Below, in pieces: positions 41,413-56,149 of a stretch of 64,000 bases of DNA. Under the pieces are notes generated by a model. It searched no databases and was not told the DNA's origin. It worked only from the letters and a program-made list of their open reading frames with translations. A program made the translations under genes and the position numbers. Each line of letters starts with the position of its first letter. The stretch's first letter is position 1. This stretch comes from Macrostomum lignano (Eukaryota), in NCBI GenBank assembly GCA_002269645.1, contig NIVC01001497.1:186001-250000 (forward strand), read 5' to 3'.

Positions 41413-43850
41413 ATGGCTGACAGTGACGCGCGTAAGTGGCTGCTCTGCTTCTTTTGCGTACACATTTCTGTCATAGTTTTCTTCTTTCAGTTCTTTTCAG
41501 TTCGTTCATTTCTAACTAATTTCTTTTGCTGCTAGTGATGATTGTGATGATACTTTTTTACATTAACGAACTTCAACGAACCACGGTCAACTTGTCATAG
41601 AGTTACGAAACAACACCTCCTATTCAACACAGAACTGAAGGCAGTATTCTCTTATTTTGATCGGGACGGCACTGGCAAGCTGGATGTTAACGAGATTCAA
41701 GAGGTGCTTAACGCACTCGGACAGTGCATGACGCCAGACGAAATCAAGGAAATTATGCAGAAGGAGGACATTAATTGTAAGCTGAATTTATCAACTAATT
41801 TAGCACGATTTTGTCTGCCTTATAAACAATAAATTAAAAACCCACAGCTGACGGAGCAATGGACATCAAGGAGTTCATTTCGTTCTTCAAAAAATATGGC
41901 AAAGAAGCTAATAAAATAAGTCGGGAGATTCGCGACGCCTTCAAGGTAACGCTTTTATTCTTCTGTCAAATTGCTTAATAAAACGTGCCCATTGGCACGT
42001 TGGCAGCAAGTTTCAAAATAATCGAATTTTAAGGACGTCAAGATACGAGTATCAGCGATTCTTTCCGAAAATCTGGACTTTCAAATACGCGATCTTTTTA
42101 ATTTTTCGAGTTTAAAAAATTTAAACCAACGGTTTCCCGATCGTGCAAGTTGTCAATCATAGTACGCTCGTTTTTTTCTCTTTATCATTAGATTAACCGC
42201 CCTTCGTAACTTTTATGAAAAAAGCTTGATATTTTGTCTTGAAGACATTGGACAAAGTGCTTTGAATTCCGTATGCCTTGAAATATGCTAGTACTTTATA
42301 CAGCCGTTCTATTGATAGTCTTAATTCTATTAATCCACGTCTCACTACAGAAATTCGACAAGCAAGGTCGCGGCTACCTGACCCAGGCCGACTTGGAGAA
42401 GATTCTGACCCAGACTGGCGCATTTCCATTCAGCAAGGAGGAGGCCGAGATGTGCTTTAAAGCATTCGACACCAACAAGGACGGCAAGATGGACTACGAA
42501 GGTAATAAATAATACGGATCGAACTTATGTTGTCAAACTAGGAAGGGTCTTCAGATAGTTTAAGATATTTCAAGTCCTTAGTATAACAAGAGTTATACCC
42601 CTCTAGTGGTGTCCCTCCGGTGTTAAACCCGTCTAGTGGTATGTCCCTCCAGCATTATACCCATCTAGTGGTATGTCCCTCCAGCATTATACCCATCTAG
42701 TGGTATGTCCCTCCAGCATTATACCCATCTAGTGGTATGTCCCTCCAGCATTATACCCATCTAGTGGTATGTCCCTCCAGCATTATACCCATCTAGTGGT
42801 ATGTCCCTCCAGCATTACACCCATCTAGTGGTATGTCCCTCCAGCATTATACCCATCTAGTGGTATGTCCCTCCAGCATTATACCCATCTAGTGGTATGT
42901 CCCTCCAGCATTATACCCATCTAGTGGTATGTCCCTCCAGCATTATACCCATCTAGTGGTATGTCCCTCCAGCATTATACCCATCTAGTGGTATGTCCCT
43001 CCAGCATTATACCCATCTAGTGGTATGTCCCTCCAGCATTATACCCATCTAGTGGTATGTCCCTCCAGCATTATACCCATCTAGTGGTATGTCCCTCCAG
43101 CATTATACCCATCTAGCGGTATGTCCCTCCAGCATTATACCCATCTAGTGGTGTGTACCTCCAGCATTATACCCATCTAGTGGTGTGTACCTCCGGTGTT
43201 ATACCCCTCTAGTGGTGTGTCCCTCCGGTGTTATACCCCTCCAGTGTTATGCCCCTCCAGCATTATACCCCTCTAGTGGTATGTCCCTCCGGTGTTAAAC
43301 CCCTCTAGTGGTATGTACCTCCGGTGTTATATCCCTCTAGTGGTATGTCCCTCTGGTGTTATACCCATCTAGTGGTATGTCCCTCCGGTGTTATACCCCT
43401 CTAGTGGTATGTACCTCCGGTGTTATACCCCTCTAGTGGTATGTCCCTCTGGTGTTACACCCCTCTAGTGGTATGTCCCTCCGGTGTTATACCCCTCTAG
43501 TGGTATGTACCTCCGGTGTTAAACCCCTCTAGTGGTATGTCCCTCTGGTGTTATACCCTCTAGTGGTATGTCCCTCCGGTGTTATACCCCTCTAGTGGTA
43601 TGTCCCTCCGGTGTTATACCCCTCTAGTGGTATGTACCTCCAGTGTTATGCCCCTCCAGTGTTATACTCATTCAGTGTTATACCCCAGCAGTGATATATC
43701 CTCCAGTTTTTCAGTGAGTAATGCTTTTTTAAAGAAATTCTAATAATTCTTTATACCCACAACCCAAACTATATTGTTGCAGAGTTTGCCAACTTCCTGT
43801 GTGCCATCTGCCCGAGCTTTGACGATCTGGAGAAGCTGAACAATAAGTGA
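41413..43850 (+). CDS. Calmodulin-like four-EF-hand protein, 5 exons, 159 aa
   Basis: Exons 41413-41431, 41633-41776, 41848-41945, 42351-42501, 43783-43850 (480 nt, GT-AG). Loops DRDGTGKLDVNE, DINSDGAMDIKE, DKQGRGYLTQAD, DTNKDGKMDYEE. Too diverged to be calmodulin itself. Confidence 0.9.
42590..43700. repeat. 32-bp minisatellite (CCATCTAGTGGTATGTCCCTCCAGCATTATAC), CaM-like intron 4
   Basis: Homogeneous left block, variant right block. Confidence 0.95.
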
Positions 43851-44324
43851 AAAAGCGTGAATTCAATGACAGTAGAAATGAACCTATCAGTAACAGCCAC
43901 GCCAGTTCAAAACTATTTTGACCTATACCATGCTAATCCAACACGTTTGCCTAAAAAAAGACCCTACCTAAACATTGGCTAATTTGCTTCTGTTAAAACA
44001 TTTAAAATAAATAGATAAACAACAAAAGTAATAAAAACGCATTGTGACTACTGTTAGTAGTGCAAAATTCAAGATTTACTTTCTTTCAATTAACCACGCA
44101 AAAGGAAGAGCAACACTACAGGCAACAATGGGTTTGGTTACTTCACATGGCAATGACTAATAAACGTCAGGCTGCTATAAAAACTACTCAGCACCAAGTT
44201 AGTACTGTTTAGTAGATAGAAGAGTTAATATAAAGCAATAAAATTCTAACAACCGGATTTAACAGATTTGCGACTGCAGATAAATTTGAAACGGGTCATG
44301 ATTAGCAAGAAAAAATGCGTTATT

Positions 44325-46252
<1,928 letters not shown>

Positions 46253-46689
46253 GGCACACAGAGGGGACACACTCACACAGACACAATCAATCTAGCACAG
46301 ACTGATGAATTCAATTGGACTAAATTAAATTAATAAATTGCACTTTAATAAAATATTCTGCGGTAAGCAGGCTGGGGAAACAGCGATTCAGTGGTTAAAA
46401 AGTATATAAATGGTATTGGTGAATTACTTGTGCTTCACAGCAAGCAAGTGCAAGTAAATCTGATTTAATTGAGGCATGCAGCATAGGATCATGACAAAAC
46501 CGGATGGTGAAGGGGTTACAAGTTCACTTCGCTATTGCTGATCTTGAGCTCACTGAGAATATGAAAAGAAGACAACCTAATATCGAGAATATGGATGACT
46601 ACATCTCCGAGACCTTTACATCATAAATTATCTCATGCTCTCTCTCTCTCTCTAGATGACTAAAGGATCACGGAACCTCGAGATAATTC

Positions 46690-47030
46690 CACGATGTTCA
46701 GATCATCTCTTGATCTTTTCTAACTACTGCAGATCTTTAGATCATCTCTTGATCTAGTCTAACAATTGCAGATCTTTAGATTATCTCTAGATCTAGTCTA
46801 ACAATTGCAGATCTTTAGATCATCTCTAGATCTAGTCTAACAATTGCAGATCTTTAGATTATCTCTAGATCTAGTCAAACAATTGCAGATCTTTAGATTA
46901 TCTCTAGATCTAGTCTAACAATTGCAGATCTTTAGATTATCTCTAGATCTAGTCTAACAATTGCAGATCTTTAGATTATCTCTAGATCTAATCTAACAAA
47001 GCCAGAGATCTTCAGATCAACTTTAAAATC
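46690..47030. repeat. 39-bp minisatellite (ATCTAGTCTAACAATTGCAGATCTTTAGATTATCTCTAG)
   Basis: About 7 copies downstream of the ALG3 stop. Confidence 0.92.
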
Positions 47031-47160
47031 TATTCTCAAGATTAAAACAACACGGATAGCTTATACTAAGCCTGTAATATCATTATACAGTACAGTAGCT
47101 ACTAACCAACAATACACCGAAACAATGCCAATAAAGTTAACAAAACTACTAACAAATCAA

Positions 47161-48507
47161 TCAATCAGTTTTGACAGCAGCTGGTCGCAGCAGGCGCAGC
47201 ATTAGCAACACTATCATGACAGCGTGACAGCAGTGCAACAGGCCGCTACTAAAGCTAGTTGACGGATAGGTGTTCCAGCACAGCTCTATACAGCCTAGCA
47301 ACAGTAGCTGAGGAGCGGCGGGCAGCCTGCACCGCCAGACCAGATAGTGCAAACTGTGAAAATACCAAACGTAGAACTGATAATGCAGCGATCTGGCACA
47401 GACAACGCCGATAAAGTTACTAACAAACAGCACGCAGGCAATGTCTTCAACTGTTGGCAAAACTGTCTCTCCTCGCTGTTTCTCAGCCGCTTGTAGAGGA
47501 TGGAAACGAATTAATCGACTAATAGAGAGCCGGCGAGTTCTGGCGTAGGCCAATAGAAAGACCAACAGCAGGGTCAGATGGACAGTCAGCAGGCCAGCGT
47601 GGAACAGCCGATTATGAAAGACAGCCTCGGGCAGGAAGCGCCAGTTCACCGTCCATTTAAACAGGAATTGTCTGGAGAATTCGAAAGCCCGGCCAAGGTA
47701 GGCGGACGTGCTGTAGGTGAGAAACGGGGCGCCTAGCAACAGTTGGATTAGGGCGCAGACAGACAGCTGGCCGGCCACCTCCCAGACGTGATGACGCATG
47801 AGCAGCAGCAGAAGAAGACCCGGCGCGTACAGCAGGATGTTCATCTTAACGGACACGGCCAAGCTGTACAGCACACAGCCAACGGACCAGCGATCGTATA
47901 GGAAGCAGAGCAGAGCGGCGTGAAAGAATAGCATAGCAACTGGATCGTTGAATAGACGCAACAGGTGGATAGAATGCACTCGATAGGATAGGCAGCACAT
48001 GAACACTAACAGGTAGGGCGGTACCCGGCCAATACGGCGGTAAATTAGCAGAACAATAGCAGTATTGGTCAGGTAGATAGCAGCGAATGCGCACTGAGCA
48101 ATGAGTATCTGACTGCCCCGATCTGTCAAATAGTACAGAGCCGAATAAAAGTACACGAATCCGGCCGGATACACGAGAGGCCCGGTGTCGCCGCTAAGCA
48201 GACGATAGTCTCTAGTACCATTTAGGAAGCCTTCAACTTCTTGCATATAGGCTCGCCAATCGATTTCTGTGTACGGCACGCGCCAGACGATCAGGGCGCA
48301 GACAAGAATTTCGGCTAGTAGCAGCGGCACCGCAACCAAACCGGTTGCGCCCGGTTCCGTTAGCAGATAGCGCGCCCATTCTACTGGGGTACGCGAGGCC
48401 AGCTTTTGTCGGCAAGAATTTATTAGAGAGCGAAGGCTGCCGCTAGCAGACGAGGAAGCTGACGCCGCCGATTTCGGCTTGGCTGGTCGACGGGGCGGCG
48501 GAGCCAT
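47161..48507 (-). CDS. ALG3: Dol-P-Man:Man5GlcNAc2-PP-Dol alpha-1,3-mannosyltransferase, intronless, 448 aa
   Basis: VPYTEIDWRAYMQEVEGFLNG, GDTGPLVYPAGFVY, RVHSIHLLRLFND, AVSVKMNILLYAPG, RQFLFKWTVNWRF, RSLHYQFYVWY, CWNTYPST. First true ATG at 48507; the ORF-track start is TTG inside a repeat. Confidence 0.96.
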   Translation of the reverse strand: MAPPPRRPAKPKSAASASSSASGSLRSLINSCRQKLASRTPVEWARYLLTEPGATGLVAVPLLLAEILVCALIVWRVPYTEIDWRAYMQEVEGFLNGTRDYRLLSGDTGPLVYPAGFVYFYSALYYLTDRGSQILIAQCAFAAIYLTNTAIVLLIYRRIGRVPPYLLVFMCCLSYRVHSIHLLRLFNDPVAMLFFHAALLCFLYDRWSVGCVLYSLAVSVKMNILLYAPGLLLLLLMRHHVWEVAGQLSVCALIQLLLGAPFLTYSTSAYLGRAFEFSRQFLFKWTVNWRFLPEAVFHNRLFHAGLLTVHLTLLLVFLLAYARTRRLSISRLIRFHPLQAAEKQRGETVLPTVEDIACVLFVSNFIGVVCARSLHYQFYVWYFHSLHYLVWRCRLPAAPQLLLLGCIELCWNTYPSTSFSSGLLHCCHAVMIVLLMLRLLRPAAVKTD

Positions 48508-48599
48508 CGGATGCGGCTGGAAGATGGGTGAAGTGAGGCTGCGATTAATAAGCGTCATCACGATTGTAAGAGACAATTTAAAGTGATTCCGGAGACAAT

Positions 48600-49130
48600 C
48601 TGGGGCGATTCTAAGAGGCAACTCAAGTCGATTCTAAGAGGCAACTCAAGGCGATTCTAAGAGGCAGCTCAAGGCGATTCTAAGAGGCAGCTCAAGTAGA
48701 TTCTAAGAGGCAACTCAAGGCGATTCTAAGAGGCAACTCAAGGCGATTCTAAGAGGCAACTCAAGGCGATTCTAAGAGGCAACTCAAGTAGATTCTAAGA
48801 GGCAACTCAAGTCGATTCTAAGAGGCAACTCAAGTCGATTCTAAGAGGCAACTCAAGTCGATTCTAAGAGGCAACTCAAGGCGATTCTAAGAGGCAACTC
48901 AAGGCGATTCTAAGAGGCAATTCAAGGCGATTCTAAGAGGCAACTCAAGTCGATTCTAAGAGGCAACTCAAGTCGATTCTAAGAGGCAACTCAAGGCGAT
49001 TCTAAGAGGCAATTCAAGGCGATTCTAAGCGGCAACTGAAGGCGGTTCTAAGAGGCAACTCAAGGCGGTTCTAAGAGGCAGTTTAAGGCGATTTTAAGAG
49101 GCAGTTTAAGGCGATTTTAAGAGGCAATTT
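48600..49130. repeat. 23-bp minisatellite (GATTCTAAGAGGCAACTCAAGGC) upstream of ALG3
   Basis: About 22 copies. Confidence 0.94.
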
Positions 49131-49697
49131 TAAGGGAAATCTTTAAACTTAAGAAAAACGAATTGCAAAACTAATCACTAAAATTATTCAAATTAAAATA
49201 TAGAAAAACAAAGGCACGTAACAGATTTATTCTGAAACTACACAAATAAGAAATTAAATAAGGAAAAACATATAAAAGGCACGGTAAGATAAATAAATAG
49301 AAAAATAAATATTTCCACACCATAGTCCCTAATATTTTAGTAAGAATAGGCCAGAGACAAGTTATTAAGTTAGTTAATTCAGGCAGTTATAAAAATTTAC
49401 ATAGATACGGGTAAAATCGGGTCCCAGTGTGTTATCACAGATATTGATAGATCTCAAAAAACATTAAAGGACGTTACAGAAAAACCAAAACTTATTAAAA
49501 AAGAATAAATTTCAATCGGCGATTAAAACGGCGTTGGAATATATGGACGGATTTGGTGGTAAAAAAGTACACGCGTACATGTACACAGCAGATACGGGGA
49601 TCAGTAGGTAACAGTACATAAAGCAAGTCTCTACATTATCGAACCAGTAGTGTACTTTAAGAGTGCATCAGCTATGCTATCCAGTACAGTTGAATAA

Positions 49698-51465
49698 TCA
49701 ATCGTCCTCTGGGCAGAATGTCTCAGCGGCATCTTCCAGAACCTTCTGCGGATCGGCCAGCTTAATCTGATAATGATGACGATGGGGTATAATAAGGGAT
49801 TTAGAAGTTCGTGAACAGACGGTGTAGTACGTTTTGTAATACATTAAGAGCCCTAGTAAGTCTCATTACGAAAATAAGGCTTCTTAAGCAGCATCTCTGA
49901 ACTAGGATTATTATCCCAACCCAGTACCAACTCTGCATTGGGATTATAACCCATCTGGCACCTACCTTGTACTGGGATTATTATCCCCCCAGCACCTACT
50001 TTGTATTGGGATTATTATCCCACCCAACACCTATTTTGTATTGGGATTATTATCCCACCCAACACCTACTTTGTATTGGGATTATTATCCGACCCAACAC
50101 CTATTTTGTATTGGGAATATTATCCCACCCAACACCTACTTTGTATTGGGATTATTATCCGACCCAACACCTATTTTGTATTGGGAATATTATCCCACCC
50201 AACACCTATTTTGTATTGGGATTATTATCCCACCCAACACCTACTTTGTATTGGGATTATTATTCCACCCAACACCTACTTTGTATTGGGATTATTATCC
50301 CACCCAACACCTACTTTGTATTGGGATTATTATCCCACCCAACACCTATTTTGTATTGGGATTATTATCCCACCCAACACCTACTTTGTATTGGGATTAT
50401 TATCCGACCCAACACCTATTTTGTATTGGGAATATTATCCCACCCAACACCTACTTTGTATTGGGATTATTATCCGACCCAACACCTATTTTGTATTGGG
50501 AATATTATCCCACCCAACACCTATTTTGTATTGGGATTATTATCCCACCCAACACCTACTTTGTATTGGGATTATTATTCCACCCAACACCTACTTTGTA
50601 TTGGGATTATTATCCCACCCAACACCTACTTTGTATTGGGATTATTATCCCACCCAACACCTACTTTGTATTGGGATTATTATCCGTTTATTTGTAAAGG
50701 TAAAAATATCACGTGCAAGGCTACCTTTGCGTTGGGATAACAATGTCCCACCAATGCCTACTAGAGCAATGGGATAGTTTCGCAGTATCTAGAAAGCCCA
50801 TCATCATCAGCTGCACTCACCTCAGAGATGGGATACTGAGTAGGATTAGCCGCCTCCTCCCGCCCGAAGTCGCTCATAGCTCCGCACTTGGCCACGTCGT
50901 CCTTCCAGACGCCCTCATAGATCTGGCCAGTGCTCAGATAATAAAACTTGCCCGGCCCGTTCTTTTTATCGTCGCGCCATTCGCCTTCGTAGCGGTTCTC
51001 GTTCGGCAACCGCAGCATGCCCTGGCCGCAGCGCTGGTCGTTAAGCCATTCGCCTTCGTACACGGACCCGTCTGCGTAGTACATCCGGCCCCAGCCGCTG
51101 CGCTTATCGGCGTAAAATTCGCCCTCGTAATATTCGTTCTCGCCGTACCAATTCTCGCCGTAGCCGTGCCGCTTGTCGGCCTTCCAGCCACCAGAGTACT
51201 GCTTCTTATAGCCGGCACCATTGGGGAGTGGCACGCTGTACACGCCGAATCCGCAGCGACGACCGTCACGCCAGTCGCCTTCGTACATGGCGCCTGTGCC
51301 TTTCCACACCTGGGTGCCGCGGCCTTGCTTCTTATTGGCCTCCCATTCGCCAGTGTATTCGTCGCCTCGAACCGAATAGATTGTATTGCGTAATCCGGCT
51401 TTGTCAGCCTTTCTATCCCATTCTTTCCACAGCGGCTCGGATTGAATATCGCGCCTATGCGGCAT
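49698..51465 (-). CDS. MORN3: MORN repeat-containing protein 3, 2 exons, 237 aa (or 248 aa from ATG 51498)
   Basis: Exons 51465-50821 and 49766-49698. LWKEWDRKADKAGLRNTIYSVRGDEYTGEW N-terminus, seven YxGxW MORN repeats, C-terminal QYPISE|IKLADPQKVLEDA. Confidence 0.92.
49900..50685. repeat. 35-bp minisatellite with 315-bp higher-order duplication, MORN3 intron
   Basis: TTGTATTGGGATTATTATCCCACCCAACACCTACT; the variant pattern at 50091/50161 recurs at 50406/50476. Confidence 0.94.
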
Positions 51466-51613
51466 GCCTTGACGATTATTTCTGCTGCTGTTGGCCATGC
51501 AGTGTAGATAAATATAGTGTTTGAGTTTTGCTTCACTACTACTTAATAGTAGCATTTATTGGATATTGTTCAAGGATGTTGCAAAGTACAATGTTGATGA
51601 TTGTAGAAGACCT

Positions 51614-51968
51614 GAGAAGGGCTGCTAGCAACGTGAGAAGGGCTGCTAGCAACGTGAGAAGGGCTGCTAGCAACGTGAGAAGGGCTGCTAGCAACGTGAG
51701 AAGGGCTGCTAGCAACGTGAGAAGGGCTGCTAGCAACGTGAGAAGGGCTGCTAGCAACGTGAGAAGGGCTGCTAGCAACGTGAGAAGGGCTGCTAGCAAC
51801 GTGAGAAGGGCTGCTAGCAACGTGAGAAGGGCTGCTAGCAACGTGAGAAGGGCTGCTAGCAACGTGAGAAGGGCTGCTAGCAACGTGAGAAGGGCTGCTA
51901 GCAACGTGAGAAGGGCTGCTAGCAACGTGAGAAGGGCTGCTAGCAACGTGAGAAGGGCTGCTAGCAAA
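51614..51968. repeat. Near-perfect 21-bp minisatellite (GAGAAGGGCTGCTAGCAACGT) x17
   Basis: Direct; RRAASNV/LLAALLT ORFs are artefacts. Confidence 0.96.
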
Positions 51969-52429
51969 GTTTAAAAGCAATTTTTTAAAAGAATAAAATA
52001 CAAGCAAAGCTAGGCACAGTCAATAAAGTCGTTCGACAATAATTTTTATTGAAATGGCACATTACAATTAAAAAATGAACAAATGTACTTTTTTACAGAA
52101 CATGGCATATACGGTCGTAGTACTTAACACTTAGATAAGAGCCCATTGAAAGTGAGACTATTGGTAATATTATAAATTACTTTGAGTTTATTGTCTGCAC
52201 GATAAGCAGTCTTCAAATTTTCACTGATGTAGAGCCGCAGGTTGCGTAGGGTAAAGAATTCAATTTATACCAGTCAGGTTTATCAAACCTTTTAAGGTAT
52301 ACAAAATGCTAAAAATAACGGATGAAGTTAATGAAGCTGAATACACTTTGAATGCCAACACTTAATAAGCAATGTAATAAAATATTACTAGTAGTGACCT
52401 AGAGGCCCAGAATTTGTTTCGTATCTCAT

Positions 52430-53280
52430 AGCAAACCGGAAGTGACTTTAAATCTCTCGAAACTGATCAATTGTTACTAACCGGAAGTGATTTTAAATCT
52501 CTCAAAAACTGATCAATTGTTACTAACCGGAAGTGACTTTAAATCTCTCAAAAATTGATCAATTGTTACTAACCGGAAGTGACTTTAAATCTCTCAAAAA
52601 TTGATCAATTGTTACTAACCGGAAGTGACTTTAAATCTCTCAAAAACTGATCAATTGTTACTAACCGGAAGTGATTTTAAATCTCTCAAAAATTGATCAA
52701 TTGTTACTAACCGGAAGTGACTTTAAATCTCTCAAAAATTGATCAATTGTTACTAACCGAAAGTGATTTTAAATCTCTCAAAAATTGATCAATTGTTACT
52801 AACCGGAAGTGACTTTAAATCTCTCAAAAACTGATCAATTGTTACTAACAGGAAGTGATTTTAAATCTCTCAGAAACTGATCAATTGTTACTAACCGGAA
52901 GTGATTTTAAATCTCTCAAAAACTGATCAATTGTTACTAAACGGAAGTGATTTTAAATCTCTCAAAAACTGATCAATTGTTACTAACCGAAAGTGATTTT
53001 AAATCTCTCAAAAACTGATCAATTGTTACTAACCGGAAGTGATTTTAAATCTCTCAAAAACTGATCAATTGTTACTAACCGGAAGTGACTTTAGATGTCT
53101 CAAAACTGATTAATCGCTACCAACCGGAAGTGACTTTAAATCTTTCAAAACCGATTAGTTGTTACAAACCGGAAGTGACTTCAAATACAATATATAAAAA
53201 AACTGATGGCTCATTAACTAACCGGAAAGTAAACGGTATCTAGCCTAAAAAACGAAGGTTTTTTTAATAACCGGAAGTGG
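52430..53280. repeat. 46-bp minisatellite carrying ACCGGAAGTG (ETS-type consensus)
   Basis: AACCGGAAGTGATTTTAAATCTCTCAAAAACTGATCAATTGTTACT x about 18, between the CDC40 stop and the MORN3 start. Confidence 0.93.
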
Positions 53281-53354
53281 CATTAGAATTTGAATAACTG
53301 ATGAGTAACAGAAAGTGGCATAATCGGATCCCATAAAATCCACAGATTAAAGTC

Positions 53355-56054
53355 TTAATCCCACAGTCTAATAGTGCCGTCCCAACCGGAAGTGACAACT
53401 TTGCTAGTCTCGTACGGCAGCCAGGCAGATGACACGCACGGTCCGTCGTGTGCCTTCCACCTGGTGACAATGCGCTGCTTCTTCCAATCCCAGATAAACA
53501 ATTTGCCGTCTCCGTCGCCAGACATTAGAAATTTCATATCGGGCGAGAAATCGATTGAGCAGGCATAGCCGGCGGCCATGTGGCCTTTGAAGCATTTCTT
53601 CTTCATTTGTTTCATGCCTTTGTGCACGTTGAACACGACAATCTGATTGTCTAGCGATTGGCACACCAGCCATTTGCCGTTCGGGCTCAGCGTAACAGCC
53701 GGCATGGAGTGCATGGACGGGTCGCTGACATTGTTGTAATCAACCGGGATGTCCCATTCCCACATGCGCAGGCTCTTATCGTCCGAGGTGGATACGAATC
53801 GTTTATTATCGTCAATAAACGTGATGGTATTCACTGAGCCAAGGTGCCTGTCGTATTCTTGAGTCACCTCGCCGGTTCGAGTGTCCATGCAGATGATCTT
53901 TTTATTATTGCAGCCGGCTAGGAAAAAGTTGGCCTTATCCGGGTCCGGGTTGAACTTGACGCAGTAGGGCACGTGACCGAGGTCCCAGCGGTCCACGCAC
54001 TTGCCCGTCTCCGTGTCCCACAGCTTCACGTAGCGATCGTAGGAGGCCGACAGAAATTGGCTGCCGTCGTGACTGCAAGCGGGGAGATGGAGTTTGTTTG
54101 ATATAATATAATCCTAGCTATACTGATGCTTATTTCGGGACACTAGCGACACTGTTTCGGGGAAATAGCGACACTGTTTCGGGGAAATAGCAAAACTGTT
54201 TCGGGGTAATAGAGACACTGTTTCGGGGAAATAGCAAAACTGTTTCGGGGTAATAGAGACACTGTTTCGGGGTAATAGCGACACTGTTTCGGGGAAATAG
54301 CGACACTGTTTCGGGGAAATAGCAAAACTGTTTCGGGGAAATAGCGACACTGTTTTGGGGAAATAGCAAAACTGTTTCGGGGAAATAGCGACACTGTTTC
54401 GGGGAAATAGCAAAACTGTTTCGGGGTAATAGCGACACTGTTTCGGGGAAATAGCGACACTGTTTCGGGGAAATAGCGACACTGTTTCGGGGTAATAGCG
54501 ACACTGTTTCGGGACACTAGCGACACTGTTTCGGGGTAATAGCGACACTGTTTCGGGGAAATAGCGACACTGTTTCGGGGAAATAGCGACACTGTTTCGG
54601 GGAAATAGCGACACTGTTTCGGGGAAATAGCGACACTGTTTCGGGGAAATAGCGACACTGTTTCGGGGTAATAGCGACACTGTTTCGGGGTAATAGCGAC
54701 ACTGTTTCGGGGTAATAGCGACACTGTTTCGGGGTAATAGCGACAGTGTTTCGGGGAAATAGCGACACTGTTTCGGGGAAATAGCGACACTGTTTCGGGG
54801 AAATAGCGACACTGTTTCGGGGAAATAGCGACACTGCTTCGGGGAAATAGCGACACTGTTTTCAGGTTATAGCGACACTTTCGGGACACTAGCGACACTG
54901 CTTTGTGAGACTATCAAGGCATTTAATTAAATTGTGCTTCATGCATACTCGTAAGTTGGCCTAAGGGGGCGGGGTTTCATGTAGGATTATCCTTTATCAG
55001 GCAACAAATTTTTGATAATTTTTGCTACAAAAATAATGCAACACAAAACCCACCTGAAGCAGGCATCCCGAACTGCCTGCCGATGTCCGGAATAGGTGCG
55101 CAATAGCCGGCGCTCCTTGTACAGTTCGAACAGCTTGAGCTTGGAGTCCATGCCGGCCGATAGCAGCAGGTGGCCAGTGCGCGGGAACAGGCGGATAGCA
55201 GCCACGCCGCGATCATGCGCTTTAACCCATTCATGCAGCTGCCGTTTCGGTAGGAAGCACTTCCGGGGCCCCTCGTCTGACCGGAAATTAACGCCGGCAT
55301 CGCGCGGCGGCTCCAGCAAGCTTCGGCCCTGATAGTCGGCCATAGCCGGCACGTGCATAGTGGTCTTCTCCTCCACCGGGGTCTCCTCCGGCCGGCGCTT
55401 GTTCTTGGCCTTCTTAGCCAGGTACTCCTGCATGTACTCGCGATCCTCCTCTGGCGGCGCCGCTACCAACGCTTCGTCAACGAATTTACCCCACGGCCCC
55501 AGATAGCCTTCAATATCGGCCGGATCATTGTTAGTCCGCCGTTTCCGATTGTCGCCCGGCCGCTTCTTGACGCCTTCAAAGACTGTGACTGCGCCGCTGG
55601 CGGCGCCTCTGGCCGTGTTGCCAACCATAGAGTCGGCGTCGATGCTGGGATCTGCGGCGTAGCCGTAACTATGAAAAGTTCGACGCTGCGTCTCGAAATG
55701 AAAATCGTTCATGTGGCTGGGCTCAACAAAGCCGGTTAGGGTGTTTTTTGGCGCGGTCGACTTGCCGGGCACCTGCGGCCCGAGCACAGGAGCGAACAGC
55801 TCGTCAGCCTTGGGATTGTAGGCCAGCTCCTTGCACGTGGGATCTAGTGCCGGTCGGGAATCCCTAGTGGCCTGTTCGATTCCGCTAACGTCGGGCGTGA
55901 GATCGAGCTTGGGCACTAGCGAGCTGTGCGTCACTGGCCGGGTTGATAGAGACGGCTGTGATGGTTGCTGCTGCAGCGGCTGAGCCTGGGGCGCAGAATC
56001 CGGTTCGCCTTCGTCAGAGGAAGCCTCATAGGAGACTAATGATGCGGCTGCCAT
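53355..56054 (-). CDS. CDC40: Pre-mRNA-processing factor 17 (WD40), 2 exons, 572 aa
   Basis: Exons 56054-55054 and 54072-53355 (1719 nt). HFETQRRTFHSYGYAADPS, YLGPWGKF, CFLPKRQLHEW, QEYDRHLGSVN, STSDDKSLRMWEWDIPVD, KGHMAAGYAC, WLPYETSKVVTSGWDG. Confidence 0.96.
54140..54900. repeat. 22-bp minisatellite (ACTGTTTCGGGGAAATAGCGAC), CDC40 intron
   Basis: About 34 copies. Confidence 0.95.
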
Positions 56055-56149
56055 CCTTCATGCAATAGAAGAGCAGGGAAGTTCATTACAATAGTTAGTA
56101 CGAGCAGAAATGTTGCCTAGAGAATTCAACTTGGATACCATGTGTGCTG

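Noticed and set aside
53295-53325. CTGATGA...GAAA resembling a hammerhead ribozyme core
   Set aside because: The base before GAAA cannot pair to close stem II, and no stems I/III are evident.
56055-56075. TATTGCATG just upstream of the CDC40 ATG resembles the 3' end of a flatworm SL as I recall it
   Set aside because: Only about 9 nt match and my recalled SL sequence cannot be verified here; compatible with chance.
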